Source of the DNA: a virus
Taxonomy: Duplodnaviria > Caudoviricetes
IMG/VR virus record: IMGVR_UViG_3300042923_001353
Span: 1-37,135 of that record
DNA length: 37,135 bases
Strand: one strand, 5' to 3'
The notes under the pieces were generated by a model. It was not told where the DNA came from and ran no database searches. It saw only the letters and a program-made list of their open reading frames with translations. Shown in pieces: positions 28,316-36,809 of the stretch (the stretch's first letter is position 1; the number at the start of each line of letters is the position of its first letter). Both the position numbers and the translations under genes were made by a program.

Positions 28316-29731
28316 ATGGATAATTGCAGTAATATGAAACATATTTTGAGATATGGAACCAATGCAGAGCAGAAGTATATTGAGCAAATTAAAAATTCAT
28401 TTGATTTATTGGCTTTTAACGGAAATATGTTAGCATATACACCTGGTGCTATTGCAGGTTTTATTATGATGCATATATTAAAAAGCAAGCGTTCGAAAGG
28501 TTACTTTATTGATCCTATTACACATGCATTTCAACATGACATAAGTACTATATCTTCCTATAGTGAAAAAGAAAAGAAAATAAAAATAAAGAAATCTGTT
28601 GAAAACTTAATTGAAGCATATGGCGAACCAATACAATCAAATATTAATTCTGAAATAAGTGTATTACCCTCACATTTTAATACACCTGAATTAAAGTTGG
28701 AATTCTGTAAAAACGTTATTAATTTTCAGCTTAATACTATTATTACAGAATTAGAAAAAAAAGGATTTATGGACTATATAAATAATGCCGCTCTTGATAT
28801 AAGTAAATTGAAACCATGTTTTTTAATAGCACCCTATTTTTACTTAACTACAAAACCTACTGATTTTAAATGGTTGCCACTAAATTGTGAATTTATTAAG
28901 CTAACAAAATCAATAGCAAATGATCAAGAAGTCTATGCACAGCTTGTAGTCTCAAAGGAAATCCTTACTAATGAAAGCTTTAGAAATGAAATCTTAGATG
29001 AATATACTAAGGTTAAACCAAGTGGTGTATTATTATGGATTGATAAGTTTGATGACCATGATGCAAATATTTCAGAATTAAATAGCTTTGTAGAAATTAT
29101 TAAAAAATTTACTCAAAATGAAATCCCAATTTATAATTTGTATGGTGGTTTCTTCTCTACTATATTAACCGGATTTAAAAACGAGCTTGGATTTGAATTG
29201 AGCGGTGTTGGACATGCTCTTGAATATGGCGAGAGTCGAGCTGTAGTTCCAGTTGGAGGAGGTATACCTACAAATAAGTATTACTATTATCCCTTACATA
29301 ATCGCCTTGATTATAAGGATGCCAGTACGCTATTAAGGTCATTGGGCTATTTTTCTGTGCCTCCATCTGATGGAGCAAGAGAGTATAAGAAGAATATTTG
29401 TCATTGCCCAACTTGCATGGAAGTTATTCAAGATGATATTAATAATTTCTCGTTATTTGAAAATACTGAGTTCTACGACATTACCCTACATGGAGTAAAA
29501 CAAAAAAGAAGCTATGCAAGTCAAGATACAAAAGAGATTTGCGTATTACATTATCAGTACAACAAGCATAAAGAGTTCTTAGAGGTAGAAAAAAGAAGCC
29601 TAAATGATTTCATAAGCAGATTAGAAAAAACTAATAGCGATTATGCTCCACATGAACCTGAATTGTCTAAGCAAATTGACTATTTAAGTAATTGGTCGTC
29701 AGTTTTAAAATCTCTAGTGGGGTTGAAATAA
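28316..29731 (+). CDS. 471-aa hypothetical protein; probable TIM barrel with a TGT-like CxCxxC...H Zn site (beta-protein/TGT-like)
   Basis: RBS gagggggag; alternating beta/alpha pattern, YFIDP, IAPYF, YGESR..PVGGG.P..KYY, CHCPTC with downstream His. The fold is inferred. Confidence 0.55.
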   Translation: MDNCSNMKHILRYGTNAEQKYIEQIKNSFDLLAFNGNMLAYTPGAIAGFIMMHILKSKRSKGYFIDPITHAFQHDISTISSYSEKEKKIKIKKSVENLIEAYGEPIQSNINSEISVLPSHFNTPELKLEFCKNVINFQLNTIITELEKKGFMDYINNAALDISKLKPCFLIAPYFYLTTKPTDFKWLPLNCEFIKLTKSIANDQEVYAQLVVSKEILTNESFRNEILDEYTKVKPSGVLLWIDKFDDHDANISELNSFVEIIKKFTQNEIPIYNLYGGFFSTILTGFKNELGFELSGVGHALEYGESRAVVPVGGGIPTNKYYYYPLHNRLDYKDASTLLRSLGYFSVPPSDGAREYKKNICHCPTCMEVIQDDINNFSLFENTEFYDITLHGVKQKRSYASQDTKEICVLHYQYNKHKEFLEVEKRSLNDFISRLEKTNSDYAPHEPELSKQIDYLSNWSSVLKSLVGLK

Positions 29732-31053
29732 TGTCTAGACCAGTTAAAAAGAAGGTTTATATATTTGGTGCCGGTGCGTCAGTAGCAGCGAAGCTACCAA
29801 TTCAATCAAATATCTTGAATAACATTTTTACTTTGCAAAAACCAATTATTACAATGCCCCTTGGTTTTATTGAATCCTTTGATGAGTTTTCTGTTATGTT
29901 AATAAGTCAATATGAATTCTTTGAAAAAAGCAGACGTATACTTACAAAATTTATTATACAGACTTTTGGAGATATCCAGCTTCGTCAGAGATTCAAAGAT
30001 AAATTTGTTTCATATGATTACGATATTAACAGATATGATAACACAAATATAGAACTCAATGAAAAATGGAATCAATTTTATATTCACCTTAAAGACATTG
30101 ATATTTCTCTTGAAGATGTATTTACACTGCTTGACAAAGCATCATTATCAAAAGAATACTTTTCGCTGTATTCGGTAGCTGATATGGACAATATTCAAGA
30201 AAGCTTAAACTACTGTATAGTATATTCAATTTCTAATTCTATACATATTTCCAGCCATGTTGAATTATATGATAAAATTGCAGAGTTCCTAATAAGAAAA
30301 AGATTAAAACCTGGCTTAGAAGCTGATACCTTTTCTTTAATAACTTTAAACTGGGATACAGTATTAGATAAGTACATTTACGATAAGTGTAAGAGTAATA
30401 ACTTGATTCATCCTGAAAAACAAATTTTTCCTGATTACTGTTGTTACAATTACGATATTAATTCAGAAGTTCCATCAATTCATATAAAAGCAAAAGGTAA
30501 TTATAATATTAAACTGATGAAATTACATGGTTCAATAAATTGGTTAGTCTGCAGTAATTGTGGTCGTTTATATTCTGACTACGCTAGAAATATATCACTA
30601 CAATACAGTAACAAAGGTGAAGTGAAGTGTAAATTTTGCGAATCGTCCAGCAGAGAATATAAGCTCAGAAGACTTATTATAACCCCAACCTTTATAAAAG
30701 CTTTTAATAATCTACATTTAAAAAACGTGTGGCATAATGCTTATTTAGATTTATGTGAGGCTGATGAAATAATTTTTATTGGATATTCATTCCCTGATGC
30801 AGACTTTGAATTAAGATATTTATTAAAAAAAGCTATCAAACCTAGTGCAAAAATAAAGGTTATCCTTCACCAAAAGGACAACCCCAAGTTATATCGTTCT
30901 ATTTTAAAAGATATTAAACCCATTGCAGACAAAAATGAAACATTTTATAGAATAAACTTACCCTATAAAAGATACATTTCCTTTTTTAAAAATCATAAGG
31001 TTGAATTCTGTTACAAGGGCATTGAAAATGCATTGAATGATGGGTGGTTTTAA
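29731..31053 (+). CDS. SIR2-family protein (putative NADase) with Zn ribbon
   Basis: FGAGAS, ITLNWD, KLHGSINW, CSNC/CKFC and FIGYSFPDAD motifs; ATG overlaps the upstream stop (TAATG). Confidence 0.9.
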   Translation: MSRPVKKKVYIFGAGASVAAKLPIQSNILNNIFTLQKPIITMPLGFIESFDEFSVMLISQYEFFEKSRRILTKFIIQTFGDIQLRQRFKDKFVSYDYDINRYDNTNIELNEKWNQFYIHLKDIDISLEDVFTLLDKASLSKEYFSLYSVADMDNIQESLNYCIVYSISNSIHISSHVELYDKIAEFLIRKRLKPGLEADTFSLITLNWDTVLDKYIYDKCKSNNLIHPEKQIFPDYCCYNYDINSEVPSIHIKAKGNYNIKLMKLHGSINWLVCSNCGRLYSDYARNISLQYSNKGEVKCKFCESSSREYKLRRLIITPTFIKAFNNLHLKNVWHNAYLDLCEADEIIFIGYSFPDADFELRYLLKKAIKPSAKIKVILHQKDNPKLYRSILKDIKPIADKNETFYRINLPYKRYISFFKNHKVEFCYKGIENALNDGWF

Positions 31054-31065
31054 AAAATTAATGTA

Positions 31066-31500
31066 TTATCTCTCAAAAACTACTTTTTCAGAGATTCTAT
31101 TAATTCTATTTTTCAGACTATCGATCCATGGTTGCCATCTATCATTCAAAGACTTTGATGGTACTACTTCTATAAATGGATACTCACTTTCATTATCATA
31201 TAGTAGTAAGCCTATCCCTTGATTTTCAACTTCCTGTATTAATAGCTTTGATACTTCCTTATAAGGTTTTGGCAAGCATATATATGCTCTATCAGCTCCC
31301 AACCTATGATCCTTTGCTTGCGCAATAGCCTTTCTCCAGTCTTTTAATTTAAACTCAATACTCAAAATCTCGTTATTTTGGTCTACAAGTACCATATCAA
31401 TACACCTAGAAAGATATGGTACTTCTAATACAATTTCTTTATATAATTCATTTGATTGCAACTTGTTATAGCAGTCAAGCATCATTTCAGTTTCTGTCAT
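31066..31500 (-). CDS. Small PD-(D/E)XK nuclease-like protein
   Basis: E...EVP....ID.V.....IEFK..W.KA..QA; RBS aaggtgg overlapping the upstream stop. Confidence 0.75.
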   Translation of the reverse strand: MTETEMMLDCYNKLQSNELYKEIVLEVPYLSRCIDMVLVDQNNEILSIEFKLKDWRKAIAQAKDHRLGADRAYICLPKPYKEVSKLLIQEVENQGIGLLLYDNESEYPFIEVVPSKSLNDRWQPWIDSLKNRINRISEKVVFER

Positions 31501-31510
31501 AAAAACCACC

Positions 31511-32098
31511 TTAATTCTTCAAATACTTATCTTTTATTTTTGATTTCTCTGCACTTTCAGGATACTTTTTATAAACATATTCTATTATTGCATCAAGAGG
31601 AAGTGCGTTTATTTTGCTTTTAAACTTAGTAAGTAATTCGATCTGATCCTCTGAAAAGTTATTAATTACGTTTTCCTTAACATATTCTATTCCCTTTTCG
31701 GTAAGATAATAACTTACTTCTAAAGGATTCTCCTTTTCGCAACTCTCTGATTCTTCTCCATATCCAATATCATCGTACTTATCAAAACAATATTCAGCAG
31801 CTTCTGATTCTGACATAGGCTGTTCAAGTGTTTTCTCATTTACAAATCCTATTGCGCTGAAAAAACCAATATCATCTAATAATTCTTTTGAGAAAGGTCC
31901 ATAGTTATAAGCAAAAAACTCTGGCATATTGATAATATTAAAATTGTTAAAATATTGAACTATCTCTTTATCAAATAGATAGAACATTTTTGTAATTCTA
32001 GTCCTTCCATCTATAGGCTCATTATACTCATTGTTAATTCCCGGTAAAAATAAAAGTGTAAGCAATAAGTCTTTAGCTTTTAAATCCTTTTTATTCAT
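31511..32098 (-). CDS. SocA/Panacea (DUF4065)/YwgA-like winged-helix protein
   Basis: GRTRITKMFYL, FFAYNYGPFS.EL, Y.LTEKG and EYVYKKYP motifs; RBS aaggagg. Confidence 0.7.
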   Translation of the reverse strand: MNKKDLKAKDLLLTLLFLPGINNEYNEPIDGRTRITKMFYLFDKEIVQYFNNFNIINMPEFFAYNYGPFSKELLDDIGFFSAIGFVNEKTLEQPMSESEAAEYCFDKYDDIGYGEESESCEKENPLEVSYYLTEKGIEYVKENVINNFSEDQIELLTKFKSKINALPLDAIIEYVYKKYPESAEKSKIKDKYLKN

Positions 32099-32134
32099 AA
32101 AAGAACCTCCTTATCATAAACAATAACAAATATC

Positions 32135-32163
32135 TTGATGCGAACAAGTGTTCTGTTTATAAT
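32135..32163 (+). promoter_or_regulatory. Sigma-A promoter with a LexA box in its spacer, facing the integrase
   Basis: TTGATG (32135-32140), 17 nt, TATAAT (32158-32163); CGAACAAGTGTTCT at 32141-32154. Confidence 0.8.
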
Positions 32164-32255
32164 TATATTATACCATGATTTACAAAAAAAATGCTATTAA
32201 AAATACATATTTGAAAATATATTATAATGTTTTCTACAAACTTTTTTTTAATCCT

Positions 32256-32287
32256 TCTCAAATCTACTATGCATAAGAAATTTGAGA
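32256..32287. repeat. 32-bp imperfect palindrome in the integrase leader
   Basis: TCTCAAAT-ctac-TATGCATA-agaa-ATTTGAGA. Confidence 0.6.
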
Positions 32288-32318
32288 GTCCGAATATTTT
32301 AAAGAGTGAGGTGTTCTT

Positions 32319-33998
32319 ATGGAATTAGCAGCTATATACGCGCGTAAAAGTGTATTTACTGATAAAGGCGAGAGTATACAAAACCAAATAGATCGATGCA
32401 GCGCATTTGCTGCTATGAGAGGTTGGGAAATCAAAGTCTACTCTGATGAAGATTATTCCGGAAAAGATATGAACCGCCCGCAATTTCAGGAAATGCTTCG
32501 AGCTATAAACCGTGGCGAAATTCAGAATGTAATATTTTATCGACTGGATCGTGTTTCAAGACGAGTCATAGATATTATTAATTTTATTGAGGATCTGAAT
32601 AAAAAGGGGATTGGATTTGTATCTATATCTGAGAATTTTGATACTACTACCCCAATGGGCAGAGCTATGCTTTTAATTACTGCTGTATTTGCACAGCTTG
32701 AACGTGAGACTATTTCTGAGCGTGTTAAGGATAATATGCTAGACCTTGCTAAAAAGGGTAAATGGAACGGCGGCAGGCCTCCTTTTGGCTACTTAGTAGA
32801 GAAAACAAAAGTTGATGGTAAAAATACCACTCTCTTAGTCAAGGATCCAGAACGCTCAAAAATTGTAGAACATATATTTACCTGGGCAAAGGATGGAGAA
32901 TCTTTACGCACAATTTCAGAGAAGCTTATCTCTAATCGTGTGTCAGGAATACATAATGGCAAGTGGGGATTAAGTACTGTAGCTAGGTTACTGCACAATC
33001 CGGTCTTTTGTAGTGCCGACCAAGATGCCTATGATTACTTCTCCACCTTGGGGGTAAATCTAGTAGGATCACGCGAGGAATGGGATGGAAGCAAAGGTGT
33101 TATGTGCTATAACAAATCCAGTCATAAGGTAGGCGAGAGTTATTGGAAGGAAAAAGAGGATTGGATTATTAGCATAGGTATTCATGAGGGCATAATACCA
33201 GGCAAACTATTTGCCGAAGTATCGAAGGGTTTAGTAGATAGGCGACTAGAAGGTAACTTGCCATCCCAGAAGGGGATTCTATCTGCCGGCATATTGAAAT
33301 GCGGCTGCTGTGGCAAGAATATGAATGTAGTGTCAGGTAGCAAAGTAATAAGGCAATCTAATGAGAGGGTCACATATTACCGCTGCAGGACTAAAGTTGT
33401 AAAAGGCATGAAGTCTTGTGAGAATACAAATATACGAACTGAAATTATAGACAATATTGTTGTTGAGAAGCTAATTGAGATAGCTAATAATCCCGAAATA
33501 GTCAAAGCACAGATTAATGAGCTTAAAGATAAAGCAAAGGTATCTAGTGTAGAGATGGAAAAGCAAAAGCAGCAAATCAATAAGGAAATAATCAAGCTAA
33601 ATGATAGAATATCAGCACTTATCGATCTGTTGACAGATAACGACCTCCCTAAGTCCAATATCAAACAGAAGATATCTAAGCATCAAACAGAGCTTGATGC
33701 ATTGCAACAGGAGCTTAATAAAATCAATGATCAATTATTTGTAATCAATAACGTTTCTATTAATGCTGATATAGTTACTGAAAGCATTATCACCTTTGCA
33801 AAAGATATTGAGAATGCGACAGTTGAAGAAAAGCGAAAGCTGATTAACAAGGTTGTTGAAAGTGTTGTATGGACAAAAGGCAAGATAGATATAAACATCT
33901 GGGGTACCGGCAAAGCTAAAGAGTTGTACTTTAGTGCCGATAGCAACCGGCATAGGGACTTACACTGCAAGATTGATGGAAAATATTATATCAATTGA
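32319..33998 (+). CDS. Large serine recombinase (integrase)
   Basis: YARKS catalytic Ser, RLDRVSR, FAQLERE, PFGY, CGCCG/YYRC Zn ribbon, coiled coil; the ORF runs through attR. Confidence 0.96.
   Translation: MELAAIYARKSVFTDKGESIQNQIDRCSAFAAMRGWEIKVYSDEDYSGKDMNRPQFQEMLRAINRGEIQNVIFYRLDRVSRRVIDIINFIEDLNKKGIGFVSISENFDTTTPMGRAMLLITAVFAQLERETISERVKDNMLDLAKKGKWNGGRPPFGYLVEKTKVDGKNTTLLVKDPERSKIVEHIFTWAKDGESLRTISEKLISNRVSGIHNGKWGLSTVARLLHNPVFCSADQDAYDYFSTLGVNLVGSREEWDGSKGVMCYNKSSHKVGESYWKEKEDWIISIGIHEGIIPGKLFAEVSKGLVDRRLEGNLPSQKGILSAGILKCGCCGKNMNVVSGSKVIRQSNERVTYYRCRTKVVKGMKSCENTNIRTEIIDNIVVEKLIEIANNPEIVKAQINELKDKAKVSSVEMEKQKQQINKEIIKLNDRISALIDLLTDNDLPKSNIKQKISKHQTELDALQQELNKINDQLFVINNVSINADIVTESIITFAKDIENATVEEKRKLINKVVESVVWTKGKIDINIWGTGKAKELYFSADSNRHRDLHCKIDGKYYIN
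33923..33961. other. attR (phage half gttgtacttt...agc, core AAC 33945-33947, host half cggcatag...)
   Basis: Complementary halves to attL; core AAC shared with 140-142. Confidence 0.9.
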
Positions 33999-35016
33999 CA
34001 ATAGCAATTCATATACCTTTTTTTGGCCAAACGACGGCTATGATTTTATGCTGGATAAATCAAACATAAGTGTTACTCTGTTTGGCGAAAAAAACAAAAA
34101 ATTTTGGGATGAAAGCTATCTTCCATCCCTTATATCCCGTCGAGATTTTGAGGTTTTTCATCTGCCGCAAAATGGTCTGGGACTGCCGCGGAGTAAGCAT
34201 TGTCCTTATGTAGTCACCATACATGACTTAATTCCATATACCATGCCGGAAACCTGCGGTAAAAGCTATCTTGACAGATTCGTAGAGCAAATGCCTTTCA
34301 TCATAGAGTCTGCTGATCGAATCATCACGGTATCAGAGTATTCCAAGCAGGATATTGTCAGGTTTTTTAATACCCCTGCAGAAAAGATCAAGGTTACACA
34401 CTTGGCAGCAGACAGTGGTTTTAAGCTTATGGATAAGGAGAAGGCATGGCAGTTCCTTAAGGAAAAATATAATTATACGGGAGACTATATACTGTATCTG
34501 GGAGGTTTTAGTCCCAGAAAAAATGTTGATGGTCTGATAGAAGCTTTTCACAGGCTTGTAAACGAGCTGCCGGGACATTATGATTTAATGCTTTTAGGTG
34601 CCTCAAAGGATAATCACTATGAATTAAAAAAGAAGATCGATGACTTGGGCATCGGAGATAGAACGGTATTCGCTGGCTTTGTACCCTATGAGCACCTGCC
34701 TTACTTCTACAATTGCGCTTCTGTTTTCGTATATCCTTCCTTTTATGAAGGCTTTGGGCTGCCGCCATTAGAAGCTATGACCTGCGGTACGCCTACCATC
34801 ACCAGCAATGTAACCTCCATTCCAGAGATCGTGCAGGATGGAGCCATTACAATAGACCCTAGCAATACCGATTTGCTAACCGAAAACATATTTAATGTTC
34901 TGACTGATATGGACCTGCGAAGGGATTTGATTGAGAAGGGACTCCGGCGTGCATACAATTTCTCATGGAAAAAGACCGCTATTGAGACTATTAAGGTTTA
35001 CGAAGAGTTGATGTAA
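33946..35016 (+). pseudogene. 3' part of the interrupted GT4 glycosyltransferase (CotSA-like); 371 aa when rejoined
   Basis: TGIGTY, VTIHDLIP, PRKN and YEGFGLPPLEAM GT4 motifs; lacks the first beta strand, which is at 96-140. Confidence 0.92.
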
Positions 35017-35030
35017 TATTAAAATAAACA

Positions 35031-35059
35031 GGCAGATAACTAAAAAGTTATCTGCTTTT
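35031..35059 (+). terminator. Intrinsic terminator
   Basis: gcagataact-aaaa-agttatctgc-tttt. Confidence 0.8.
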
Positions 35060-35131
35060 GCATTTTATAATGAAGTTTTATGGTAAATAGTGGTACAATA
35101 TTATCATACTTTAATAGCGGAGGATATAATT

Positions 35132-35899
35132 ATGAATTCTATATTTAATACCGAAATTGAATATGCGAAATGCTTTTCTGAATATGATGAACAACAAAGC
35201 ATTATAAGATTTTGGGATGACAGATTACCTGACATGTATGGCTACAATTATACTTTTATAAAGGATAAGCCTAATCAAGACAAGCTAATAGAGTTAATTA
35301 GTAATGAAATAACGATCAGAAAGTTTGCAAACAAGAAGTTTTTGCAGATAGAGACCAACTTTGTAATAGAACCTGAAGTTATCAACGCACTGCCTGAATC
35401 AAGAGTAACCATAATGGATTACATGCATATAGAAACAGATAATTATAATAGGATAAAGTCTCGAGAGGATGCGCTTGTACTGTGTGCCACAACCGAAGAT
35501 ATTTTAAGAGATGGCATCGCTGTGGATTTGCAAGCAAACATCCCAGTCATGGGCGAATTTGCTAAACGCAGAATTGCCAGAAAAGCTGAAGTATATAGAG
35601 ATCTAAATAAAGCTCTTGATTTATATGTGTGTTATGATAAAGGTTTGCCCATAGGAAACTGTGAATTACTTACGCTGTCTAATATAGCTAAGATTGAGGA
35701 CTTTGATATTATTGAACAATATCAAAGAAAAGGCTTTGGCTCGACTGTATTAAAGCATCTATTAGCACATCTATATACCAATGGAATACAGGATGCTTAT
35801 CTGGTTACAGATGCTTCCGATACCGCTAAAGATATGTACAGTAAATGCGGCTTTAAACGTATCAGTCAGAAATATCAATTATTCTTTTCATTAGAATAA
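35132..35899 (+). CDS. GNAT N-acetyltransferase
   Basis: QRKGFGS acetyl-CoA motif, MYSKCGF; RBS gcggagg before ATG 35132. Confidence 0.88.
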   Translation: MNSIFNTEIEYAKCFSEYDEQQSIIRFWDDRLPDMYGYNYTFIKDKPNQDKLIELISNEITIRKFANKKFLQIETNFVIEPEVINALPESRVTIMDYMHIETDNYNRIKSREDALVLCATTEDILRDGIAVDLQANIPVMGEFAKRRIARKAEVYRDLNKALDLYVCYDKGLPIGNCELLTLSNIAKIEDFDIIEQYQRKGFGSTVLKHLLAHLYTNGIQDAYLVTDASDTAKDMYSKCGFKRISQKYQLFFSLE

Positions 35900-35914
35900 C
35901 ATATAGCAAATATC

Positions 35915-35946
35915 AAAAGAATGAGGAGCAAATTCCTCATTCTTTT
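35915..35946. terminator. Bidirectional terminator
   Basis: aaaagaatgagga-gcaaat-tcctcattctttt between convergent genes. Confidence 0.85.
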
Positions 35947-35951
35947 ATTGT

Positions 35952-36773
35952 TTATATATATATCTCATTTTCCGGTTCTGATCCTAATATCTTGAGCAGC
36001 TGCTTGATATCCTGATCTCTATCCTTTTTACATACCAGTATGACATCCTCTGTCTCTACGACAATCAAATCCTCAACTCCGACTGCCGCTATAAGTCTTT
36101 TGCCCCCATACAGTATGCAGTTTCTTGAGTCTAGGGTCTTTACAATACCCTTTTTAGAATTTCCACTTTCATCCTTTTCAAGATATCTCTCTAGCGCAGT
36201 CCAACTACCGATGTCATCCCACATAAAGTTTGTTTCCATTACATAAACATCGTTGGATTTTTCCAATATACCATAGTCAATAGATATGCCATCAATTTTC
36301 ATGTATTCCTGCTCTACTATCTCGGCTTCGCATGCTGTATCAACCGCAGCACTTATATTCATTAGGCATTCATACATATCCGGCAAAAACTCTCGGTACT
36401 GTTCTAACAGCACCGAGGCCTTCCATATAAACATGCCGCTATTCCAAAGATAGGTTCCCTTTTCTATAAATTCCTGCGCCTTTTCTTTATTAGGTTTCTC
36501 GGTAAACCTCTTAACCTTGTAAACTGCAGCTTTTTCCAGGCATTCGACCTTCTTGCCTGTTTCTATATAGCCGTAAGCTGTTTCCGGTCTTGTGGGCTTA
36601 ATGCCCATGGTTACCAAGCAGTTTTTATGAAGCGCTATATCCAGGCCTTGCTCAATCGTACGCATAAACTCATCTTCATCCTGAATATAGTGGTCAGAAG
36701 GCAGCACAATCATAACTGCATCCTTATCATGCTTAAGAAGCTTTACTGCAGAATATCCTATACATGCCGCAGT
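35952..36773 (-). pseudogene. manC: 3' part of an interrupted mannose-1-phosphate guanylyltransferase
   Basis: TAACIG...VLPSDH, PETAYGYI, FTEKP, WNSGMF, SIDY and WDDIGSW motifs; similarity ends at the T of the usual EP..(R/K)NTA motif; the N-terminal GG.G.R domain is missing. Confidence 0.88.
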
Positions 36774-36809
36774 TGCTTCTTTCAGGTTATGGGTCTTTTG
36801 GGGTAAAAA

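Larger units (their letters stand above)
141..33947. mobile_element. Temperate siphovirus prophage (33,805-bp excision circle) integrated by a large serine recombinase
   Basis: Complete, ordered modules (lysis, tail, head, packaging, replication, switch, integrase) bounded by reconstructable att sites; no obvious frame disruptions in the core genes. Confidence 0.95.

Noticed and set aside
29731-31053. Calling the SIR2 locus Thoeris, DSR or SIR2-HerA
   Set aside because: No TIR, SLOG/macro, HerA or pAgo partner recognised, and it is far shorter than DSR proteins.
32230-32290. Sigma-K/E promoter for the integrase at gCATAagaa (32271-32279)
   Set aside because: No properly spaced -35 element and the conserved final T of the -10 is missing.
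33934-33945. GTG 33934 as the start of an intact 360-aa glycosyltransferase
   Set aside because: No RBS; the first four codons are phage att sequence and the true N-terminus is at 96-140.
32789-34958. - strand ORFs within the integrase and glycosyltransferase
   Set aside because: Antisense shadows without RBS or recognisable motifs.
36711-36713. ATG 36713 as the start of an intact manC
   Set aside because: Internal Met; homology continues upstream to 36773 and the N-terminal nucleotide-binding region is absent.
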